Assembly (NCBI RefSeq): GCF_964188315.1 | Contig: NC_135662.1 | Location: 57,226,001-57,290,000, forward strand | Reading direction: 5' to 3' | Length of the DNA stretch: 64,000 nt | Origin: Podarcis muralis | Taxonomy: Eukaryota | In this document: positions 40,501 to 48,526 of the stretch, piece by piece | How positions within the stretch are numbered: the stretch's first letter is position 1 | How the letters are laid out: each line of letters begins with the position of its first letter | Made by a program: the position numbers and the translations under genes | The notes under the pieces: model-generated | What the model saw: only the letters and a program-made list of their open reading frames with translations | What the model was told of the DNA's origin: nothing | The model's database searches: none

Positions 40501-43500
40501 ACAGTCAGGCGGAAAAGGTGGAGCAGGGCTAGGATATTAAGTTGGTGTACGAGGGGCGGAGATTCAGACGGAGCTTCGCCGGTCTAGCTACTAGACGTAG
40601 AGTTGCACGCAGCAGCTTGAGAATGGAAACTGTAACTCAATAAAGACTTTTACTTAATGACCGTGGGCTAGCGTGATCCTCTGTGAGCTGGGATCTGGAA
40701 GCAACCCTGACAGTAAGCTCCGTCTGACTGAATTGTGGGCATCTACAGCCTCGAGGAGAGGAGAGAAGCAGGTGCCTACTAGCGAGCTCACGAACGGCAG
40801 CCGACATGACGGCTGAACAGCAGATAGCGGAACTCAGAGAAGCAGTGTCACAGCTGAATGCCGAGGCTCTCGCATCCAGGAAGAGAGAGGAGGACGCAGC
40901 TGCCGCCTACAGGGATCTCCAGGTCAGGTTGGAAGTGCTTACGAAGCAAGGGCAACAGACACCCAAACCAGAGGGGATTGGGCTGGGGAGACGCACAGGC
41001 GGTCTGGTCTCTCACTTCGATGGGAACCTGCAACAGTATCCCAATTTTAAAGCAGACGTGCTGTGTGCACTGCAACTGCTGAGTAAAGATTTTAGAGATG
41101 AACAAGAGAAAGTGGGATTCATCATGTCTTATTTGCATGGGGATGCCAGAGCATGGCTGCGCAATTTGTGGAGGGATAACGATCCGGCGCTCCAAAATGC
41201 GAATGCCTTTATTAAAGCGATGGATGAGTGTTTTTTATCAAGCATTGACGTGGATCTTGCTAGGCAACAGATTCATGGACTGAAACAGGGAAGGGCCAGC
41301 GTACGGCAGTACCATGCCCGCTTTTTCGCCTTGGCCAGTGCCCTAGAATGGGACAGAGATGCGACTCCTGTAAGAGACCTGTTCTGGGAGGGATTAAACA
41401 GCTCTGTGAAAGATGAAATTGCGAGGGGGGAGAGACCCCGAACCACCCAGGAGGTCGTGCAGAGGGCGCTGGCAGTGGGGGTGCGGCTGGAAGGACGTCC
41501 GTGGAGCAGGGACGAAGGGCGTGGAGGGCGCGAAACAGCCAGGGGCTCCTCCTTCTTTCCCAGAGAAGCAGCGCGTACGCAATCCACGCCTCCGCCAGGA
41601 GGAGGAGCTGAACCTATGGAGGTTGGAGGTGCCAGGGCTCAGTCAGCAACCAGAGCCCTAGCACCAGCAGCAGTGAAAGCGAAGCCTCCTAGAGGGAACA
41701 GGAAGTGTTACGTCTGTGAGGAGCCAGGGCATATGGCGAAAGAGTGTCCCCAGAGGCTCAACAAGCTCACTGCAGCCTCAGCAATGGTGACTGCAGCAAC
41801 GCAGCAAGGAGGACCACAGCAGGGAAACGACGCAGTCTGGCTGGAGGAAGAGGCACTGGGGCCCAGCCAGACGTGTTAATGATGCAGTCCCCAGAGATTT
41901 TACAGCCCGTGAACCCCCTCCCGCCCAAACCAGTGGTGAGGCTCACCGCATCGCTCCAGCTGCCCAATGGCATCACCATGGACGTGCCAATCACCATTGA
42001 CTCAGGCAGCAATGCGGACTTTATAGGGCAGGACTTTGTCAACAAGCATGCTATACAGTTGCTGCCGGCCACACTGCCCCTGCAGGTTGTCACGGTGGAC
42101 GGCAGGGAGCTGCTAGGGGGGCAAGTGGTGCAGCAAACGCCACCAATGGTGATGCGACTTGGGAATCACAAAGAAGTCATAAGCTTCAACGTCACTCAAT
42201 TATCGGACACGCCCATTGTGTTGGGCATGAGTTGGCTGGACAAGCACAGCCCAACGCTGGCTTGGTACCAGAGGCAGCTGACCTTCGGCTCTTCTTTTTG
42301 TGCTGAACACTGCATCGTGCCCAGGCAGGAAGGAGAGGAAGAGGAGTCACAGCTGCTACTAGGCACGCTGCAAGCGATTCCCCACAAGTACGCAGAATTT
42401 TTGGAAGTTTTCTGCGAGAAGGAGGCAGACCGGCTACCACCTCACAGGCCATATGACTGCAAGATTGACCTGCTGCCAGGAGCGGCGCTGCCTAAGGGGA
42501 GACTGTATTCCATGTCAGAGGACGAACTGCAAGAACTCAAGGAGTTCATAGATCATAATTTGGAGCGCGGTTTCATCCGGGAGTCCAAGGCAGCGGGAGG
42601 CAGTCCGGTGTTCTTCGTTAAGAAGCGGGATACGCCCCAAAAGAGACTTGTAGTGGATTACAGGATCTTGAACAGTGTGACTAAGCCATCGGACTTCCCC
42701 ATGCCCCGAATTGACGACCTCCTCGCAAAGGTGCGGAAGGGCAGAGTGTTCACCAAGTTGGACCTGCGAGGGGCGTACAACCTCATTCGCATGCGGGAGG
42801 GAGATGAGTGGAAAACAGCCATGTTCACGCCACTGGGGACCTACGAATATAGAGTTATGCCGTTTGGATTGCAAAATGGCGCCCACGTTTTTCAAGCATT
42901 CATGCATCACGTGTTGGCGGGACTTCTCTACAAGACGTGCGTCTGTTTCTTAGATGACATCCTGATCTTTTCGGAGTCGCAACAGGAGCATGACAAACAC
43001 GTCAAGGAAGTGCTGAACAGGCTAAAGCAACATAGGCTCTACGCCAAGCTGGAGAAGTGCCAATTTGACGTGACGGAGGTGGATTTTCTGGGCTACAAGC
43101 TGTCTGACAAGGGGCTCGCCATGGACAGCGCCAAGGTTCGAGCGGTGTTGGATTGGAAGAGCCCACGCAACCGGAAGGAGGTCCAACGGTTTGTCGGCTT
43201 TGCGAACTTCTATCGCAAGTTTATCAAGGGCTTCGCTATGCAGACGGCGGCCATCACTGACACGCTTAGCTCCAAGAAAAAGAAGTTCATTTGGACAGAG
43301 CAGGCGGAACAGTCCTTTCAGGCACTCAAGCGTCTCTTCGCGTCGGAAGAGCAGCTGCTTCACGTCAACCCTAGCAAGCCGATGAGGGTGGAGACAGACG
43401 CCTCGGACAGAGCCGTGGGGGCGGTCCTGCTGCAGAAAGACCCGCAAGGGGTGTGGCGACCGGGAGCGTTTTACTCCAGGAAGCTCAGCAAGTCCGAGCA

Positions 43501-46500
43501 GAACTACACCATATGGGACAGGGAGTTGCTGGCCATTCATGCAGCGTTCAAGGCGTGGAGGCACTTTCTGATCGGCGCCAAGCACACGGTGCAGGTTTGC
43601 ACGGACCACAAGAACCTAGAGCACTGGCGCACGGCACAGTTCCTGAACCAGAGGCAGATACGTTGGGCTGAGTTCTTTGCGAACTTCGACTTCCGAATAG
43701 AGTATGTCCCGGGGGACACCAACATCATGGCGGACGCTCTCTCTCGTAAGCCACAGTATCTGGAGGACGCAACGCCAGCGGCCGCCATGCACATCTTCGC
43801 ACCAACAGTGTGGGCGTGCGCCGCGGCAACCGTGGACCTGGAGGCGGTGCGACGAGCGTTGCAGGGGGACTCCTTCGCACAAGCAAAGATGGCAGAGGTG
43901 CAAAGGGGCAAGGCAGCGGCCGACGGTTTCCAGCTAAGAGATGGATTGCTCATCCGTAAAGGGGCCATCTACGTGCCGGGAGACGAACTTCGCGCCAAGG
44001 TGCTGCAGCAGCTGCACGACGCGCCCACGGCTGGGCACTTCGGCAAGGAGAAGACGGTGGAATTAGTCGCCAGGGATTTCTGGTGGCCTGGAATGAGAGG
44101 GGAGGTCGCGGACTACGTGGCGAGGTGTGACACCTGCCAGAGGGCGAAGCCAGTGCATAGACCGCCGGCCGGACTGTTGGAACCGCTGCAAACTCCGGTC
44201 GAACCTTGGGAGAGAGTGGCCCTGGACTTTGTCACGGATCTGCCCAGCTCGAGGGGCAAGACGGCAGTGCTGGTGGTGGTGGACCTGTTTTCCAAGATGG
44301 CACATTTCATTCCGTGTGCGAAGGTGACCACGGCGGAGCAAACCGCCAAACTGTTCATAGACCACGTGTTCAAGGTTCACGGTCTGCCACGGTCTATTCT
44401 GTCCGACCGGGGGCGGCAGTTCATCTCGAATTTCTGGCAGAAGCTGATGGGCTTCCTGAACGTCAAGATCAACCTGGCGTCGGCGAGACACCCGCAGACC
44501 AACGGGCAAGCCGAGCGGGTCAATGCCATCATGCAGCAGTACTTGAGGTGTTATGCAAATCAACAGCCTGCGACGTGGGTGGATTACCTGCCGCTCGCCG
44601 AGTTCGCCTACAACAACACGAAGCACGTGTCCACGGGGATCACGCCGTTCTTCGCCAACAACGGGAGGCACCCCAGAACTTTTCCGGGACTGGAAAGGCT
44701 GGGGGAGGGGGAGCCGCAGACGGCAGATGCGTTCGCGTCGGAGCTGCAGGAAGTCCACGATCAGCTGAGGCGCCACCTGGAGCTGGCCAAGCACGCATAC
44801 AAGGTACAAGCGGACAAAAGTAGAAGGGTTGGCGAAGAGCTCCACGTGGGAGACTGGGTCTGGTTAGCAGCCCACGCAGTGCCGGCCAGGTCGTTGGCCA
44901 AGAAGAAACTAGGGCATAAGCAACTGGGGCCCTATCAAGTCGAAGAGCAGATCAACCCGGTGGCCTTCAGGCTGGCGCTTCCGGAGGGTTCCAGAATGCA
45001 TCCGGTGTTCCACAGATCGGTGCTCACTCCCTACAAGGCACCGCACAGGTTTCAGGAACCCGGAACGGCACCGAGTCCGGTCAGAGACAGAACAGGGCGC
45101 GCAGGAGGGGCACAGAAGGAGCGCATCAACGAAGTCACAGAGATTTTGGATTCCAGATGGGGGGAAGAAGGGGTAGAATACTTTCTCGCCAAGGAGGGCA
45201 CCCCGGCCAGTGCGAACAGCTGGGTGCCGGGCTACGCCTTGGACGAACCTCTGCTCAAAGACGAGTTTCATGCCCTCTTCCCACATAGACCAATGCCAGC
45301 AGACTTTTTCGACGACTGGCTTTTCACGCCCACGCTTTCGGCCAGCACGTTCCGGGGGTTCGACTCGGACGAGGACCCGACACGAGACGTCCGTTCCCCG
45401 GAGGGGTCACCCTCGGGATCTGCCTCAGAACCCTCGTATTGGTGGGACGACAGACCAGAGGAGCAGTGGCGCAGGAAGTGGCAAGAAGGTCCAGGACGAG
45501 CAACGCCGCCAGGAGGAAGTGAGGGAGAGACGGACATGGACGTTTTCGGGGACGACCCTGGTTTCGAGCACGGCGGCACAGAGATGGAAGCAGAGGTGAC
45601 CGTCGTCGACGAGAGCAGGGAGGAAGAACCGGAAGACTTCGGAAGGAGGCCCGCTACGGGAAGCGAACGGTACCCGACATTCGTCCCCTTGACACAGCAG
45701 CACCCAACTCCAGCACCGGAAGGAGGGGAAGGGGGAGTGGGGGGCTTCGAGGGGGGGATGGATGTCAGGGGTTCAGGAGCAGAGGCAAGGGCAAGGGAGG
45801 AAACAGAGAGCGAAGGGGAGGAGGCAGAAGAAAAGATGAGCGATGACGACGACCCGAGATCTCCGAGCCTTTCCAGTGAATCGGAGGATTCACAGAAAGG
45901 AGCACCAGTGGCCAGGGCAAGGGGGGAGTTTAGGGGGGCACCCCAGGAAGATAGAGCCAGAGGGGACTCAGAGGAGAGCAGTTGGAGATCGGGACCAGCG
46001 TCACCGCCAGAGAACAGAGAAGAGGAAGGGAGCCAGGGGGCAAGCGCTGGCAGCTCACAACAGGAGGGAGGGCACGAGTCAGGAGTGGCCACACCTCCAT
46101 CTGGGAGCGAAGAGACGGTTAGACGGAAGGTGGAAGGTTGGGCGCGCGCGCCAAGTTCAAATGCACAGGAAGGCGACGCAGTAGGCAGCCCGGAAAGGGA
46201 GCCGGGTCCTAAAGCCCGGCGCAAGGAGACAGGAGGGTCCGGGGGGTCAGCGTCAGAAGAATCCCGGAAGGAAGAGACCCAGGGGGGCAGAGGGACCCAG
46301 AGAAGAACAGTCAGGCGGAAAAGGTGGAGCAGGGCTAGGATATTAAGTTGGTGTACGAGGGGCGGAGATTCAGACGGAGCTTCGCCGGTCTAGCTACTAG
46401 ACGTAGAGTTGCACGCAGCAGCTTGAGAATGGAAACTGTAACTCAATAAAGACTTTTACTTAATGACCGTGGGCTAGCGTGATCCTCTGTGAGCTGGGAT

Positions 46501-48526
46501 CTGGAAGCAACCCTGACACTAGTATAAGTGACAATTGTCACATTTATTTCCTTCCAGGAAAGAGGAAGAAGAACAGGCAGTTGGTGCCACTTATTGCAGA
46601 AACATAGAAGACTTGCTCCAAGGGTCTGACTTTGTGATGCTGGTTGTGAATCTGACACCTGAGACACACAAGCTCATTGGGAAAAGAGAGCTGCAGCTGA
46701 TGAAACCCACGGCTACTCTCATCAACATCTGCAGAGGTAGGGGATGTGTGACTACCTAAATGTAAACTTCAGCTATATACATTTTTCAAATACCTATTTT
46801 TGCATATATTCCATCCTTTTCTCTGTATTCCTTTGTGTGAAAGGTGATACATTTCATCAGCACTAACAAAGGGTGAGGCCAACAACCAGTTTTCAGTGTC
46901 AAGAATCAATATGGATTATTTTGAAACCAGTAGCATTGGGAGTGGGATCAGGAGTATGGTACACAAGAAAAAGAAGGGGGAAATTCAGTGGTAAAGAAAC
47001 ATACTTTGGGTACATTCGATTTGGCACAGCTGTGGGTTTCATTACACCCTAATCCAGATGTAGAAGGAAGGAAGGATGGAAGAGCAATATCACATGAAGT
47101 GGCTTTATTGGTGAACTTTTGCTGCAAAGGAAATGGATTAAGGACTGGATTCATAAGCCTTTTTACTATTTCGGCTCAATCAAAACATGTTTGGAGAGAG
47201 AATGTGGAGATTCCCTTAGCTCCTTAAAATGTGTTCATTGACTGCAATCCTAAGCACACTTACCTAGGCATTAACTCCACTGGACACAATGTTGGCTTTT
47301 CAAGTGAACAATGCAAGAAACAAGCTTTCAGTCTTTATCATGAGCTACTTTATGACTTTCTGTCTGTATCAGGTGCAGTAGTTGATCAAGATGCCTTGGT
47401 AGAAGCGCTCAAAAATGGAGTTATTAAGGCTGCAGCTTTAGATGTGACTCACCCTGAACCATTGCCAAGGTAAAATATTACCAAAAAAAAACAAAACCCT
47501 TTATTGTTGTTGTTTTAGTTCTGACATGGAATAAGTATTATTCATTGGTCCAAAACTTCAACATTAAGGCATAGATGATCATGGTTTGTCTCTGTTGCCT
47601 CCTTTTTAATGCTTGATGTGTTCAGAAACCTGTGTGCATGGATAGTCATAAATATGCCTTCTTCCGAAGTCATTTTGTCATTTCTTCTGACTGACCTGAG
47701 TCTCAGAGTATTTGGATTTAAACAAACTGAAGTAACACAAGAAATCATGGTGGTAGATGTATTATATATAACCCATTCCAAGCTCTGTAGTGCAACAACA
47801 CAATAGCACTTGCGTTCAGGGCTGAGATAGCAATCTGTCCCTTGTCCCGAGGTCTCAAATGCTTTTCCTTTGCCATCTAACACTTTGAAACAAAACAACC
47901 TTCAGATTGTATAGTAGACGGCAAAATTTGTTTTGCTGCTTTAATTCATTTTCACTCAAACCTATACCGTGCATTTGAAATGCAAAAATAGAGTGGAATT
48001 GTAAGGGGGAGTTCTTGTTCTAAGCCTAGAACATAGACTGCATTGTTCTAAGCTTTCTATCTAACAATCTAACAGTACTGCCATACAAACAAGTTTATAG
48101 GTGATGAGAACTTTGATTCAGAGCACCAGTCACTCAAAAGCAGATCTTCATAGGGCTAACTCCTAAAATGATTTAGTAGATCATATCACACTTAATGATT
48201 GTGACCTACACAGTGTATAGAAGACATCTCAGTGGAAGCTAACTTACCACTAAACCCCGCCCCCCCCCCCAATTTGGAGTCTTTTTCAGTGCAGTCATAT
48301 AGCAATATAGTTACTTTGATCTGCCTGTGCCAGATGACTTCTGATTTTTCTTTTATGGCTTCCTTGCAGGGACCACCCATTATTGCAACTGAAGAATGTT
48401 ATTATAACTCCTCACATTGGAACTGCAACTGTGCAAGCCCTGCTTATGATGACAGAAGAAGCAGTGGAAAATATACAGGCTGTTCTCAATGACCTCCCCA
48501 TTCCTAGTGAAGTGATCCCCCAATAG
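37520..48526 (+). CDS. D-isomer-specific 2-hydroxyacid dehydrogenase (GRHPR/2-ketogluconate reductase-like), copy A, 328 aa
   Basis: Coding exons 37520-37901, 38565-38736, 46558-46736, 47373-47469, 48370-48526 (382/172/179/97/157 nt), all GT-AG and in frame. Rossmann [17 protein letters not shown], catalytic Arg (INICRG), Glu (PEPLP), His (TPHIGTAT); AATAAA at 48691. Confidence 0.93.
39056..39336. mobile_element. hAT-Blackjack-like MITE
   Basis: TIRs TAGGGTTGCCATAT / ATATGGCAAACCTA; imperfect TSD ctgtatgg/cgtgtatgg. Family assignment from recalled TIR type. Confidence 0.7.
39957..40712 (+). repeat. 5' LTR
   Basis: TG...CA termini; TATTAA at 40535-40540; AATAAA at 40639-40644; near-identical to 45763-46518. 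Confidence 0.97.
40806..41879 (+). CDS. gag: Retrotransposon Gag (coiled coil, capsid, CCHC nucleocapsid), 357 aa
   Basis: Open ORF; capsid-like FDGNLQQY...FIMSYLHGDARAW and LKQGRASVRQYHARF; zinc knuckle CYVCEEPGHMAKEC at 41706-41747. Confidence 0.93.
   Translation: MTAEQQIAELREAVSQLNAEALASRKREEDAAAAYRDLQVRLEVLTKQGQQTPKPEGIGLGRRTGGLVSHFDGNLQQYPNFKADVLCALQLLSKDFRDEQEKVGFIMSYLHGDARAWLRNLWRDNDPALQNANAFIKAMDECFLSSIDVDLARQQIHGLKQGRASVRQYHARFFALASALEWDRDATPVRDLFWEGLNSSVKDEIARGERPRTTQEVVQRALAVGVRLEGRPWSRDEGRGGRETARGSSFFPREAARTQSTPPPGGGAEPMEVGGARAQSATRALAPAAVKAKPPRGNRKCYVCEEPGHMAKECPQRLNKLTAASAMVTAATQQGGPQQGNDAVWLEEEALGPSQTC
41822..46393 (+). CDS. pol: Retrotransposon Pol (protease, RT, RNase H, integrase, chromodomain, long C-terminal extension), -1 frame relative to gag
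   Basis: Uninterrupted ORF: IDSGSN protease (41999), LPPHR...FFVKK...FLDD RT, TDASD/ELLAI/TDHKNL/ADALSR RNase H, HHCC + DDE integrase, GPY/F motif, chromodomain ~45125-45292; stop at 46391-46393 inside the 3' LTR. Confidence 0.95.
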   Translation, partial: GKRRSLAGGRGTGAQPDVLMMQSPEILQPVNPLPPKPVVRLTASLQLPNGITMDVPITIDSGSNADFIGQDFVNKHAIQLLPATLPLQVVTVDGRELLGGQVVQQTPPMVMRLGNHKEVISFNVTQLSDTPIVLGMSWLDKHSPTLAWYQRQLTFGSSFCAEHCIVPRQEGEEEESQLLLGTLQAIPHKYAEFLEVFCEKEADRLPPHRPYDCKIDLLPGAALPKGRLYSMSEDELQELKEFIDHNLERGFIRESKAAGGSPVFFVKKRDTPQKRLVVDYRILNSVTKPSDFPMPRIDDLLAKVRKGRVFTKLDLRGAYNLIRMREGDEWKTAMFTPLGTYEYRVMPFGLQNGAHVFQAFMHHVLAGLLYKTCVCFLDDILIFSESQQEHDKHVKEVLNRLKQHRLYAKLEKCQFDVTEVDFLGYKLSDKGLAMDSAKVRAVLDWKSPRNRKEVQRFVGFANFYRKFIKGFAMQTAAITDTLSSKKKKFIWTEQAEQSFQALKRLFASEEQLLHVNPSKPMRVETDASDRAVGAVLLQKDPQGVWRPGAFYSRKLSKSEQNYTIWDRELLAIHAAFKAWRHFLIGAKHTVQVCTDHKNLEHWRTAQFLNQRQIRWAEFFANFDFRIEYVPGDTNIMADALSRKPQYLEDATPAAAMHIFAPTVWACAAATVDLEAVRRALQGDSFAQAKMAEVQRGKAAADGFQLRDGLLIRKGAIYVPGDELRAKVLQQLHDAPTAGHFGKEKTVELVARDFWWPGMRGEVADYVARCDTCQRAKPVHRPPAGLLEPLQTPVEPWERVALDFVTDLPSSRGKTAVLVVVDLFSKMAHFIPCAKVTTAEQTAKLFIDHVFKVHGLPRSILSDRGRQFISNFWQKLMGFLNVKINLASARHPQTNGQAERVNAIMQQYLRCYANQQPATWVDYLPLAEFAYNNTKHVSTGITPFFANNGRHPRTFPGLERLGEGEPQTADAFASELQEVHDQLRRHLELAKHAYKVQADKSRRVGEELHVGDWVWLAAHAVPARSLAKKKLGHKQLGPYQVEEQINPVAFRLALPEGSRMHPVFHRSVLTPYKAPHRFQEPGTAPSPVRDRTGRAGGAQKERINEVTEILDSRWGEEGVEYFLAKEGTPASANSWVPGYALDEPLLKDEFHALFPHRPMPADFFDDWLFTPTLSASTFRGFDSDEDPTRDVRSPEGSPSGSASEPSYWWDDRPEEQWRRKWQEGPGRATPPGGSEGETDMDVFGDDPGFEHGGTEMEAEVTVVDESREEEPEDFGRRPATGSERYPTFVPLTQQHPTPAPEGGEGGVGGFEGGMDVRGSGAEARAREETESEGEEAEEKMSDDDDPRSPSLSSESEDSQKGAPVARARGEFRGAPQEDRARGDSEESSWRSGPASPPENREEEGSQGASAGSSQQEGGHESGVATPPSGSEETVRRKVEGWARAPSSNAQEGDAVGSPEREPGPKARRKETGGSGGSASEESRKEETQGGRGTQRRTVRRKRWSRARILSWCTRGGDSDGASPV
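45763..46518 (+). repeat. 3' LTR
   Basis: Copy of the 5' LTR, preceded by PPT GAGGGGGGGATGGA and followed by TSD CTAGT. Confidence 0.97.

Larger units (their letters stand above)
39957..46518 (+). mobile_element. Full-length Ty3/gypsy LTR retrotransposon (Tf1/sushi chromovirus lineage), 6,562 bp
   Basis: 756-bp LTRs 39957-40712 and 45763-46518 (TGTC...GACA), one mismatch seen (40065 G vs 45871 T); 5-bp TSD CTAGT; polypurine tract before 45763; intact gag and pol in PR-RT-RH-IN-chromodomain order. Confidence 0.98.

Noticed and set aside
45268-46224. 318-aa antisense ORF over the pol tail and LTR (and 260-aa antisense ORF 44063-44845)
   Set aside because: Ser/Pro/Leu-rich mirror of a purine-rich coding strand; no promoter, domain or other support seen. 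Not excluded, but unsupported.
40806-46393. Domesticated PEG10/RTL-like gene
   Set aside because: Paired near-identical LTRs, TSD, PBS/PPT and intact RT/IN indicate a recent mobile element, not a domesticated gene.
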